From positions 228,906,001 through 228,970,000 of the forward strand of contig NC_086097.1 of assembly GCF_963921235.1 (NCBI RefSeq): a stretch of DNA of 64,000 bases, written 5' to 3'. The notes below the pieces were generated by a model. It was not told the origin of the DNA, ran no database searches, and saw nothing but the letters and a program-made list of their open reading frames with translations. The stretch is from Mobula hypostoma (lineage: Eukaryota). The first letter of the stretch is position 1. Each line of letters opens with the position of its first letter. The translations under genes were made by a program, and so were the position numbers. Shown in pieces: positions 27,581 through 39,443 of the stretch.

Positions 27581-29606
27581 TGATGTTACGAGTGAAGGAA
27601 GTGAATGCCCAATAGCCTTTACATCACATTCCATTACCCTATGCACAGATTGATAGAGAAGCCTTGAGTCTGGTTTGGTGTGTAAAACATTTCAACCAGT
27701 ACTTAGATGGGAGAAAGTTTGCCCTCATTACTGATCATCAGCCTCTGGTGTCCATTTTCAATGTGCAGAAGGGTGTTCCACTAACGGCAGAAGCAGAAAG
27801 GCAGAGGTGGGCTCTGTTTCTTGGAGGACACAATTACAAGATTGAATTCAAGAGGATGAATAATCATTTCCCTTTGGAAAAGGAAGTACTGGAAAAATAT
27901 TCCAAAATAAAAGCCCTCTTGACATATTGTCCTTAACACAAGTCAAAAGTCTTCATATTACAGCAGAAATAACCTAAAGGGAAACTAGAGAAGACCCCAC
28001 ACTGTCTTTGGTCTACACGGTCACCCAATAGCTGGAATATGGAACAAAAACTCCAGATTCTCCATTTTTATCAGTACCAAGCTGAACTTGCCCTTGATGG
28101 AGATTGCCCTATGTGGGGATTGAGAGTTGTTCCATCCAAGCTGTGAGCTGAAGTGTTGGAGGGGCTATATGCTGGTCATCTACGTAAGTGTGGTTAAAAT
28201 GGAAGTGTTGGCTCGAAGCTTTGTCTGGTGGCTTGGGTTAAATCAGCAGACTGAGCAGCTTGCCATGCACTGTATGGGATGCCAACATCTCTAGAAGATG
28301 TCAAGAGCAGCACCTCTCCATCACTGAGAGTGGCCTGCATTGCCCTGGCAAAGCATTCATATGGATTTTGCCAGATCATTCATGAGCACAAATTTCTTGT
28401 TGGTGGTGGATACAGCTACAAAGTGGTCAGAAGTGTTCCCAATAGCATCCACTGCAGCCTCGCACACTATTGATGTACTGGGAAGCCTCTTCACAAGGAA
28501 TGGTCTTCCAGAACACTTAGTCAGGGACAATGGACCACAGTCTGTGGGGGAACAGTTTCATTCATTCCTAAAAATGAATGGAATAATACATCTTCACCAT
28601 ACCTCCCAGCTAGAAATGGCTTGGCAGAAAGATTTGCCCAGAGTCTAAAGAACGCACTGTAAGCAATGTCAGCAGAGCACACTATACTAACACTGAATCA
28701 GATGCTCACCTATTTCCTCCTTGTATATTGTAATGCAACACACTCCACAACTAACAACTCACCAGTTATGCTGTTCCTGGATTGTCCCTTGGATCTCCTC
28801 AAGTCCAATCTCAGAAGGACGATACAGGACAAACTGAGGGCTTCTCAAGCAAGGAAGTTCAATGTTTCACTCCTGGACAAGCAGTGCTGGTGAGGGACTA
28901 CACAGGAGATCAAAAGTGGGTACTCAGAGAGATTAAGGATAGAACTGGATCCCAGTCTCCAACACAGTGGAGACTGCATCTAATGTCATCTGAAGATGAC
29001 ATATTGATCAGTTGAGGAGAGCAGACTCAATTGTTTGAGAAGAAAGTTGGCTACTGTGATCAGAAACACTTTCTACAGTCTCAGAGACAACTCTTACAAC
29101 CACTATGAGGGAGGCCCCAGAACCTGAAATTTTTGCATACCCACAAGTCTCAGCTGAGAAGCAGAGTGAACCTCCTTGTCAGGAAAAACGTTATCCCACA
29201 AGAATAAGAAATCCTCCACAATGATCCCTTGCTGCTCTGTCTCTGCAGTCGAGTGGTAACCCTCTCTCAAACCTGGCAGAGGATGTTACCGAAATTCTGC
29301 GATTTATGAATTGGACTAAGCTCTTTTCGGTTTTAAGTCCATTCTCTCTAGTTGCTGTCTGAGCAATTTAATTTTGGCTTTTTGGGTGGGTGGCTGGGGT
29401 TTGACGTCCTCACAATTCACCAGCTTGACTTTTCTGCGTTGGCGGTGGGAGTGTTGCTCTTCTTGCCATTGCACTATGTAACCTGGGGTGATTTGGAAGT
29501 GCTTTTTATGCAGGGAGGGAGTTTGATGTTTTCTTTGAACCCCTCTAGGCCTTCTTTGTTTCCTAGATGTCTGGAGAAGAAGAAACTCAAAGTAGTATAC
29601 TGCATA

Positions 29607-30835
29607 AACAAGAGAAAATCTACAGATGCTGGAAATCCAAGCAATACAATAAAATGCTGGAGGAACTCGGCAGGTCAGGCAGCATCTATGGAAAAGAGTA
29701 CAGTCAGCATTTCGGGCCGAAACCCTTCAACAGGACTGGAGGAAAAAAGCTGAGGACTAGTTTTTAAGAGGTAGGGGAGGGGAGAGAGAAACACAAGGTG
29801 ATAGGTGAAACCTGGAGGGGGAGGGATGAAGTAAAGAGCTGGGAGGTTGATTGGTGATAGAGACAGAAAGTCATGGAAGAAAGAAAAAGGGAGAGGAGCA
29901 CTAGAGGGAGGCGATGGCCGGGAAAGAAGATAAGGTGAGAGAGGGAAAAGGTTGGGGGGGGTGCATTACTGGAATTCTGAGAAATCTATGTTCATGGCTT
30001 CAGGTTGAAGGCTACCCAAACAGAATATAAGATGTTGTTGTGCCAACCTAAGTGTGGCCTCATCACGACAGTGGAGGAGGCCATGGATGGACGTGTCAGA
30101 ATGAAAATGGGATGTGGAATTAAAATGCGTGGCCACTGGGAGATCCCACTTTTTCTGGTGGATGAAGCATTGGTGCCCAGCAAAGTGGTCTCCCAATCTA
30201 CATTGGTCCTCACCGATATACAGGAGGCCACACCGGGAGCACCGGACACAGTATATGACCCCAACAGGCTCACAGGTAAAAAGTCGCCTCACCTGGAAGG
30301 ACTGTTCAGGGCCCTGAGTGGTAGTGAGGGAGGAGGTGTAGGGGCAGGTGAAGCACTTGTGCTGTTTGCAAGGATAAGTGCCAGAAGGGAGATCACCGGG
30401 GACAAGTGTATGGACAAGGGATTCGTGTAGGGAGCGATCCCTACAGAAAGCAGAAAGTGGGGAGGAGGGAATGATGTGCTTGGTGGTGGGATCCCACTGG
30501 AGGTGGCGGAAGTTTCAGAGAATTATGTGCTGGACACGGAGGCTGGTGGGGTGGTAGTTGAGGCCAAGAGGAACACTATCCCTGGTAGGGTGCCAAGAGG
30601 ATGGGGTAAGAGCAGATGCGCATGAAATGGAAGAGATGCAGTTGAGGGCAGCATTGATGCTGGAGGATGGGAAACCCCTTTCTTTGAAAAAGGAGGACAT
30701 CTCCTTTATTCTAGAATGAAAAGCCTCATCCTGAGAGCAGATGCGGTGGATACAGAGGAATTGAGTGAAGGGGATGGCGTGTTTAGAAGTAATAGGGTGG
30801 GACGAGGTATAGACCAGGTAGCTGTGAGAGACTGT
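29607..30835 (-). mobile_element. Penelope-like element (RT C-terminus, GIY-YIG endonuclease, 3' end), long arm
   Basis: SSHPITSKHAIPFTQFLCIHRICS (30515..30895); GVIYCVRCSRCGLLYIGE (29966..30292); hammerhead-like motif at 29701-29738. Confidence 0.92.
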
Positions 30836-31431
30836 GGGAGCTTCCCGTATGTCAGTGAGACCTGACGCAGCTTGGGAGACCGCTTCACCGAGCACCTATG
30901 CTCCGTCTGCCAGAAAAAACGGGATCTCCCAGTGGCCACCAATTTTAATTCCACTTCCATTCCCATTCTGATATGGCATCCTCCACTGTCGTGATGAGGC
31001 CATACTTAGGTTGGAGCAACAGCATCTTGTATTCTGTTTGGGTAGCCTCCAACCTGATGCCATGAACATAGATTTATCAAACTTCCAGTAATGCCTCCCA
31101 CCCCCCTCCTTCACTATTCCCATCCCCTTTACCCTCTCTCACCTTATCTCCTTGCCCGCCCATCCACCTCCCTCTGATGCTCCTCCCCCTTTTCTTTCTT
31201 CCATGGCCTTCTGTCTCGTTCACCAATCAACTTCCCAGCTTTTTACTTCATCCTTCCCCCTCCAAGTTTCACCTATCACCTTGTCTTTCTCTATCCCCTC
31301 CCTCAGCTTTCAAATCTACTCCTCAGCATTTTTCTTCAGTCCTCCCGAAGGATTTCAGCCCAAAAAGTTGACTGTACACTTTTCCTAGGTGCTGCCTGGC
31401 CTGCTGAGTTCCTCCAGCATTTTGTGTGTAT
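30836..31431 (+). mobile_element. Inverted partial copy of the same PLE 3' end
   Basis: Reverse-complement similarity to ~29620-30215; decayed hammerhead at ~31337-31374. Confidence 0.9.
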
Positions 31432-31841
31432 AGTTGCATAGTGCATACATACTTTGATAATAAATAAACCTGCAAATCTTTGAACTTTTGAAATCTTTAG
31501 GCCTGCATGGGGCAATTTAAAATTTACTATGCTGTTAATGTCTGTATATGGTAGCTGTATTATTTAGTATACAGGGTATATAGATGATGCATTCTCTATT
31601 GACTTTGAGCTTATAGCTAAGCAGGGAGAAGTGCTGTGTATTTAATATGTAAATATATTTCAGTAATCTTGTATATAGGCAGCCACAAAACAAAGAAACC
31701 TAATAGAACCCATTAAAAAAAGGACCGTTAAATCCCTAATGTGCTGGAAAAAATTGTGCAAACAATAAAAGTAACCAAATAACATTCAGAACTGAAGTTC
31801 ACAAAATTGAGTCTACAGCCATGAAGCCTGTCACAGTCGAT

Positions 31842-33023
31842 CATAGAAACATAGCAACATAGAAAATAGGTGCAGGAGTAGGCCATTTGGCCTTTTGAGC
31901 CTGCACCGCCATTCAGTATGATCATGGCTGATCATCCAGCTCAGAACCCTGCACCAGCCTTCCCTCCATACCCCCTGATCCCTTTAGCCACAAGGGCCAT
32001 ATCTAACTTCCTCTTAAATATAGCCAATGAACTGGCCTCAACTGTTTCCTGTGGCAGAGAATTTCACAGATTCACCACTCTCTGTGTGAAGAAGTTTTTC
32101 CTAATCTCGGCCCTAAAAGGCTTCCCCTCTATCCTCAAACTGTGACCCCTCGTTCTGGACTTCCCCAACATCGGGAACAATCTTCCTGCATCTAGCCTGT
32201 CCAATCCCTTTAGAATTTTATACATTTCAATAAGATCCCCCCTCAATCTTCTAAATTCCAACGAGTATAAGCCTAGTCGATCCAGTCTTTCATCATATGA
32301 AAGTCCTGCCATCCCAGGAATCAATCTGGTGAACCTTCTTTGTACTCCCTCTATGGTAAGGATGTCTTTCATCAGATTAGGGGACCAAAACTGCACACAA
32401 TACTCCAGGTGTGGTCTCACCAAGGCCTTGTACAACTGCAGTAGTACCTCCCTGCTCCTGTACCTGAATCCTCTTGCTATGAATGCCAGCATACCATTCG
32501 CCTTTTTCACCGCCTGCTGTACCTGCATGCCCACTTTCAATGACTGGTGTATAATGACACCCAGGTCTCGTTGCACCTCCCCTTTTCCTAATCGGCCACC
32601 ATTCAGATAATAATCTGTTTTCCTGTTTTTGCCACCAAAGTGGATAACCTCACATTATCCACATTAAATTGCATCTGCCATGAATTTGCCCACTCACCTA
32701 ACCTATCCAAGTCACCCTGCATCCTCTTAGCATCCTCCTCACAGCTAACACTGCCGCCCAGCTTCGTGTCATCCGCAAACTTGGAGATGCTGCATTTAAT
32801 TCCCTCATCTAAGTCATTAATATATATTGTAAACAACTGGGGTCCCAGTACTGAGCCTTGCGGTACTCCACTAGTCACTGCCTGCCATTCTGAAAAGGTC
32901 CCATTTATTCCCACTCTTTGCTTCCTGTCTGCCAACCAATTCTCTATCCACATTAATACCTTACCCCCAATACCGTGTGCTTTAAGTTTGCACACTAATC
33001 TCCTGTGTGGGACCTTGTCAAAA
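31842..33023 (-). mobile_element. Young CR1, RT to 3' tail
   Basis: GVPQGSVLGPQLF and KFADDTKLGG (32603..32995); ORF 32064..32576. Confidence 0.95.
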
Positions 33024-33387
33024 GATCAGTAATGAAGAGTAAAAAGTTCATCTCTATTGTCTAATTCAGTGAGTAATTGATATTGGTATTGGCATAGAAA
33101 TTGATTTATTATTGTTATATGTACCAAGATACAATGAAAAGCTTGCATTGCATACTGCTTACACAGACCAAATCATTATACAGTGTACTGAGCTAGAATG
33201 AGGTAAAACAAGAACAATGTAAGCAAAATGTAAAAACTACTGAAAATGTGCAGTGTAGGAAAATGTGATAGCAATATTAACAGCCCGGTCACAATTAATA
33301 GCTTCCAGTATTACGACCACCTACTATGGCATTGTTACACTATCCAGTTATGGAAATCAATCACATTCCTCGGTCTAACTCCAGGAA

Positions 33388-33447
33388 TGACCAGAATGCC
33401 TTCACCAGGACTGCATTTGACCAGAATGCCTTCACCAGGACTGCAAT
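33388..33447. repeat. 30-bp tandem duplication
   Basis: TGACCAGAATGCCTTCACCAGGACTGCAWT twice. Confidence 0.95.
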
Positions 33448-33924
33448 ACCACAAGAAGGCAATTTACTACCAGAAATCTTGCTGAGATATCCAGACACAG
33501 TAAATAAAACTTCAGCATCTTAACCTTTTCCCTGTTTAATGTTGTCTTCTTAGTATGTCAGTTGGGATTGAGGATGGCATACTTCCTTAATTCTGGTTCT
33601 GTGAGTTCTAAGTTGTACGATGAGGCCAATATGGGACCAGAGACTCTACCACAGATGGGACAGGAGGTGCATGATGGGGTGGGCAACTGGGTGCTTTGAG
33701 AGTGGTGTATTTTCGCACCACTCTTGGCTACTGTGTGTTCCCAAAGCGTGGCCTCAAGGATCTATCATCCTAAATGCTCCTTCTCCACTTTTGGTGGGCC
33801 AGAGGTTTCCAATGGTCAGTGACGATGTTGCATTTTGTCAGGGAAACATTTAACACATACTTAAAGATGACCTTTATTTGTCACAAGTACATTGAAACAT
33901 CAAAACAATACAATGGTATTACGG

Positions 33925-34725
33925 TCTAATGCAAAGTATGGTCATGCACTTTGGTAGAAGAAATAAATCAAAAGAAAATTCAAAACTCCGAGGCACAAGG
34001 GAACTTGGTAGTTCTTGTGCAGGATACGCTAAAGGTTAATTTGCAGGTTGAGTCAGTGGTAAGGAAGGCAAGTGCAATTTTAACATTCATTTCGAGGGAG
34101 CTGGAATATAAAAGCAGGGATTTAATGTTGAGGATTTATAAAGCACTCACTGAGGCCTCACTTAGAGGACTGTGAGCAGTTAGGAGCCCCTTATCTAAGA
34201 AAAGATGCGTTGTCATTGGAAAGGGTTCTAAGGAGGTTGATGAAAATGATTCCAGGATTGAAAGTCTTGTCATTTGAGGAAGATTTGGTGGCTCTGGGCC
34301 TGTACTCACTGGAATTCAGAAGAATGATGGGGGATCTCATTGAAACCTATCAAATGTTGAAAGGTCTCAATAGAGTGGATGTGGGGAGGATGTTTCTTAT
34401 AGTGAGGGAGTCTAAGACCAGAGGACATAGCCTCAGAATTGAGGAGTGTCCATTTAGAACTGGAATAAGCAGGAATTTCTTTACCAGGGTGGTGAGTCTG
34501 TGGAATTCGTTGCCACAGGTGGATGCGGAGGCCAAGTCATTGGGTACATTTAAGGCAGAGGTTGATAGATTCTAGATTAGTCAGGACATGAAGGGATACT
34601 GGGAGAAAGCAGGAGTTTGGGGCTGAGAAGTAAATGGATCAGCCATGATGAAATGATGGAGCAGACCCTGTAGGCCAAATTGCTTAATTCTGCTCCAATG
34701 TCTCATAATCTTATGGTCCTATGGA
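33925..34725 (+). mobile_element. CR1 3' fragment
   Basis: LGLYSLEFRRMMGDLIETY (34210..34575). Confidence 0.9.
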
Positions 34726-35235
34726 AATGCATCATTTATGTCTACGACCAACACAGTCCAAGGATTGTGCTCGGGGCTGTCTGCAATCTACACTTCTAAC
34801 ACCAACATAGCAGGCCCACAGCTTATTAACACTGACTCATACTTCTTTAGAATGTGGAAGGAAACTGGAGGAAATACGGAGAGTATGTGTAAACTCGTTA
34901 CAGACAAGGGAAGGAATTCAGCCACAATTGGTGATCCCTTGTGCTCTAAAATCTGCTGCGAAATGCTACACTACTGAAACTGGAACAGCACGTCTTTTTC
35001 TAAAACCTGGTTTCAGACATACTTACATGGTTTGTCCATTTTATTGACTGAGTGTAACCAGGACCTCAGTGTTGGAGACCTGGGCCAAGGCAAAAGCACT
35101 ATCTGGTAGCTGGTTCACTTATGTGCTGTAAACAGTGAAGGTAGGTTGATTGGTCCATCATGTCACTGGTTATCTCTGTCAGCATCTTCTCTTCCTCATT
35201 CATTTACACTTTTTTTTGTGTTATTTTTCAAAATG

Positions 35236-35772
35236 GCTTGATGGAGGTATGTAAGATTATAACAGGCATAGATGAGTGGACAGCTAGAGACCTTTTTTCC
35301 AAAGTGGAAATGGCTAATCCAAGGGGGCATAATTTTAACTTGATTGGAGAAAAACATAGGGGAGGATGTTTATTTCACAGAGTGGTGAGTGCATGGAACA
35401 CACTACCAGGTATTGTAGAGGCAGATATGAAAGAGATAGTTAAGACTACAAGATCATAAGACATAGGAGCAGAATGAGGCCATTCAGCCCATCGAGCCTG
35501 CTCCACCATTCCACCATGGCTGATCCCAGATCCCGCTCAAACCCCATACACCTGCCTTCTCACCAATATCCTGACCAATCAGGAAACGATCAACTTCTAC
35601 CTTAAATATACACACAGACGTGGCCTCCACCAGAGTCTTTAAGACACCGTTAGGCAGATTGATGCAAGAAATATGAAGGACTACATGGGAGGGAAGGGTT
35701 GGATTGATTTTAAAGCAGTTTAAAAGCTCAGCAGAACATTGTGGGCTGAATGGCCTGTATGTACTATGTTCT
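35236..35772 (+). mobile_element. CR1 3' end with an opposite-strand CR1 tail nested at ~35447-35632
   Basis: MEVCKIITGID...RVVSAWNTLP; inner piece resembles the tails at 625 and 24966. Confidence 0.75.
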
Positions 35773-36502
35773 AAAGTGCATTACTTAGTTTAGTGAGGTC
35801 CATTGTGTGAAAGAATGATTACAGCGGAAGATTATTCTCAAGAAACCTTTGAAATCTTTATTTTTATAAAGACATTTAAAATTTTGTTTCATCCCTTTGT
35901 GATGTAAGTATATTTTGTCAGTGGCAGGGTTTATATTTCAACACATGAAGAGCAATGCTACATCCTTCTTTGCCAGTGTGGAGTGCCAAATCAGCAGGAA
36001 ATCGCCTGCATGCTACTCACTTTTTAACAGGCAGAAGGTAATAAGCTGAGTGTCCAGAATTTCCCCTTATACACTCCCAATGAGAGCTTCCGGCTCTTGC
36101 TGGTGTGAGAGAATGGAATCAGCAGGAACCTGATTTTAAGCCTGGCAATTGCTGCTTAACGCATGGACTTTTAAGGGATTGAAAATTGGCTGATGTTCAG
36201 GAATCAAAGAGAAGCCAAAAAAAAAAAGGGATGTCTTGGGGTGACAGGGAATGATTGGATTACTTTTAACAAGATTAGCTTTATTTGTCATAGGTAGATT
36301 GAAACGTGGAAACACGCAGGAAAATGAGTCGCCTGAGTCAGGGACGTGTTGATAACAGCCCACAAGTATCACCATGCTTCCGACACCAACTGACATGCCC
36401 ATAATGTATTAACCTAACCATACATCATTGGAATGTGGGAGGAAACAGAAGCACGGAGGAAACATACACAATCACAGGGAGAATGTACAAACTCCTCACA
36501 GC

Positions 36503-36930
36503 CTGTCAGGCAGCATCTATTGAAATTGAACGAATAGTCAACATTTCGGCTCGAGGCACCTTCTTCAAGACTGAGAAGGAAGGCGGGTGGGGGGAAGATG
36601 CCAGAATAACAAGGTGGGGGGAGGGGAAGAAAGATAGCTAGAAGGTGATAGGTGAAGCCAGGATGGTGGGGAAAGGTAAAGTGCTGGAGAGGAAGGAATC
36701 TAATGTGAGGAAAGTGGACCAAAGGAGAAAGGGAAGGAGGAAGGGCACCATGGGGAAGTGATGGGCAGGTGAGCACAGGTAAGAGGCCAAAGTGGGGAAT
36801 AGAATAAAATCTGAGGAGGAAGGATTTTTTTTACTGGAAGGAGATATCAATATTCATGCCATCAGGATGGAGACTACCCAAACAGAATATAAGTTGTTGC
36901 TCCCCACTCTAAGGGTGGCCTCATCATGAC
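36503..36930 (-). mobile_element. PLE 3' end with decayed hammerhead (36535-36573)
   Basis: CHDEATLRVG; minus strand CAGTC-TTGAAGA-A-GGTGCCTCGAGCC-GAAAT-GTT-GACTA. Confidence 0.85.
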
Positions 36931-37508
36931 AGAAAAGTATATTTTGAATTTTTAAAAAAACTTCTACTTCCTCTATCTTGGAAGTCCAGGTCCACTGGTA
37001 AGAGTGGTTGTCACAACCAGGGTCTTCCTTGGTTGCAGTGGATGACCATGACTTCTGTGCCTTGTCTTGCCCTTCCCTCTCCATGGAGCGTTGCAGAACC
37101 ACCTTCCTGGCCGTTGGATCTCACTGTTGATCTCATCCACCCAGTCCACCAGAGCTGGCCATCATATGCTAGGACAGGCATGTCCCTCTCTCATCAGGGT
37201 ACGAGACCCACCGGCCACCCTCACCTGGTCTAGCTCCACCTATCAAAGTGGTGTACTGGGGTGTGGCCACTGTCACATGCAAACAGCTACTTGGAGCCAC
37301 AGGTGAGAGCTGAGTGTCTAGTGGGGACCGAAGGTGAATCAGCTGCCCTGGAATGGACATGCCAAGCCCCTTCGCCAGAAGCCCCTTCACCAGGGAGGGA
37401 AGAAAAGATGGCGGCGCGACTCAGCGCGTGCGGCCGTTCCAAATTGATATAGTATCTGTGAAGTAGGATGCCGTGCACAATCCTGATTTGATAGAGACAG
37501 ACGTGAAG

Positions 37509-38315
37509 AACCACAATCAGTAGAAGAGTTTAATCATACTACTCCACCATCATTCTTGCTCACACAGATACAACAGGTTCATAATGTGCAACCTGTTCGC
37601 AATATACACTCCTGTCCTCCCCTGTTTGAGGTCGTGCAGCTTCCAATGAAAGTACCTGCTCCATTTCCAACACTGTAGTTTCCATCCGGTACATTTGCAG
37701 CTGAAGCATGCTGCTCAGGGTCTGGAGTGGTGAGCACCAGATGGAGATAGTCAGCGGCAATCCAACGTGTGAGGTGTTCTACCACTGGGAGAACACTGCA
37801 GCAGAAGATAGCAGGCCATGTTATGAAGCAAGGACCCTGGTTCACAGAAACAGTTCTAACGGCAGGCTAGATGAGGTAGAGAGGAGGAGAGATGCCATCT
37901 TCCCACAGGAAAGCAGCAATGAGGAGAGGCCACGAAGCAAGGGAGCCAAGAGATCTGGTGCCAATGCAAACTTCTTGCAAGGGTAAAGGTTTGTGGTGAT
38001 ACCTCATTTCTATTTCTTCTCCACACCTGTTCAATAGCCTCGTTTCTCAGTAGGTTAGGTTCTGTCCTGCATGTTCTTTGTAATTCTCTGTAAAGAACTG
38101 TCTCCAACTGGTGCTCAGCACTTCAGTCCCTGAGCAGCATGTTTCAGCTGCAATCACACCGACTGGAAACTACAGTGTTGGAAATGGAGCAGGAGCTTTC
38201 AGTAAGACATGCACCACTTCACCCAGGGGAGGGCAGGAGTATATAATGAGGACAGGTTCCACATTGAGAGTATGTTATGCTGGATTAGTATGATTAAACT
38301 TTTCTGATGAGTGGG
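37509..38315. mobile_element. Long inverted-repeat (MITE/foldback-like) element
   Basis: 37509-37752 is a diverged reverse complement of 38096-38315 (e.g. CTCCATTTCCAACACTGTAGTTTCCA / TGGAAACTACAGTGTTGGAAATGGAG). Confidence 0.8.
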
Positions 38316-38845
38316 TTAATTGGTTACTGTAAATTGTCCTGTGATTAGGCTGGGATTAAATAGGTTGGTTGCTGGGTGGAGCAGCTCACTTCCCTAAGTA
38401 AAAAATAAATAAATGCATAATGAAGTGTAACATACAGAAAATGCAGTGCAGCTACACAATAAGGAGCAAGATCATAATGAAGCAGAATGTGAGGTGAACC
38501 TATCAAAACTTTACAGACTACGTCTTTGGAATATGGGAGGAAACCAAAGCACCCGGAGGAAATACACACGTTCCACAAACTCCTTACAAGCAGCATCGGA
38601 ATTGAACTCTGAATTCCACCGCAGTGGAAAATGCCACGTTGCCATGGCACTGCCATGGTAATGGTTTAACTCTAGCTCTACATTGTTATAGTTTTACCTT
38701 ATTCTACCTCAATATATCGTATAATGATCTGATCTGTATGAACAATATGCAAGACAAGCTTTTTACTGTATCCCAGCAAATGTGACAATAGTAAACCAAT
38801 TCCAAATCCAATTCTTTCACATTTTACCGGTTTCTGGCACCTTTC

Positions 38846-38883
38846 CAGTCCTGATGAAGGGTGTCGGCCAAAAACATTGACTA
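38846..38883 (+). ncRNA. Minimal type I hammerhead ribozyme remnant in a short PLE tail (~38826-38946)
   Basis: CAGTC-CTGATGA-A-GGG-TGTCGG-CCA-AAAAC-ATT-GACTA; CUGAUGA intact, GAAA mutated to AAAA. Confidence 0.6.
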
Positions 38884-39073
38884 TTTAATCACTTCCGTAG
38901 ATGCTGCCTGACCTGCTAAGTTCCTCCAGCATTTAGTGTGTGTTGCACCAGTTACGAATGGCTGGTTTGGTGACTTGGGACCAAAATAATGAGTTTAGCC
39001 ACCAGAGGGGGCAGTAAACGCACAGACTGGGTGAAATAATGACTGATTGAATTAAATCAGGGGAAAACTACTT

Positions 39074-39443
39074 CATAGAACCTAGAAATCTACAGCACAT
39101 TACAGGCCCTTTGGCACACAATGTTCTGCCGACCATGTAACCTACTCTCAAAACTGCCTAGAAATTCCCTACTGCACAGCCCTCTGTTTTTCCAAAAGAC
39201 ACTATTGTATCCACCAATACCACCTTCTCTGGTAGTGCATGCCATGCACCCACTACTCTCTGTGTGAAAAGCTTACCCCTGACAGCCCCCTTGTATCTAC
39301 TTCCAAGTATCTTAAAACTATGCCCCCTCATGTTAGCCATTTCAGCCCTGGGAAAAAGCCACACAATCAGTGCCTCTATAGAGAGAGTGCAGAAGAGATT
39401 TACAAGGATGTTGCCTAGATTGAAGAGTACGCCTTACGAGAAT
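39074..39443 (-). mobile_element. Short CR1 3' end with an inverted 5' segment (39375-39443)
   Basis: Minus-strand tail of the same subfamily as 8126-8771; adjoining plus-strand piece encodes IERVQKRFTRMLP. Confidence 0.8.

Larger units (their letters stand above)
25745..31677 (+). mobile_element. Decayed Gypsy LTR retrotransposon (RT, RNase H, integrase, PPT, start of 3' LTR) with nested insertions
   Basis: PLPKIEDILANL; YLDDIIV at 26283-26303; KLVCDTSPYDIGAV; LITDHQPLVSIF; integrase IHMDFA and LVRDNGPQ; purine tract AAGCAGGGAGAAG (31619-31631) followed by TG at 31632. Confidence 0.88.

Noticed and set aside
37579..38293. Duplicated small gene (similar ORFs 37579..37845 and 38111..38293)
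   Set aside because: The similarity comes from the inverted repeat arms; no recognisable protein.
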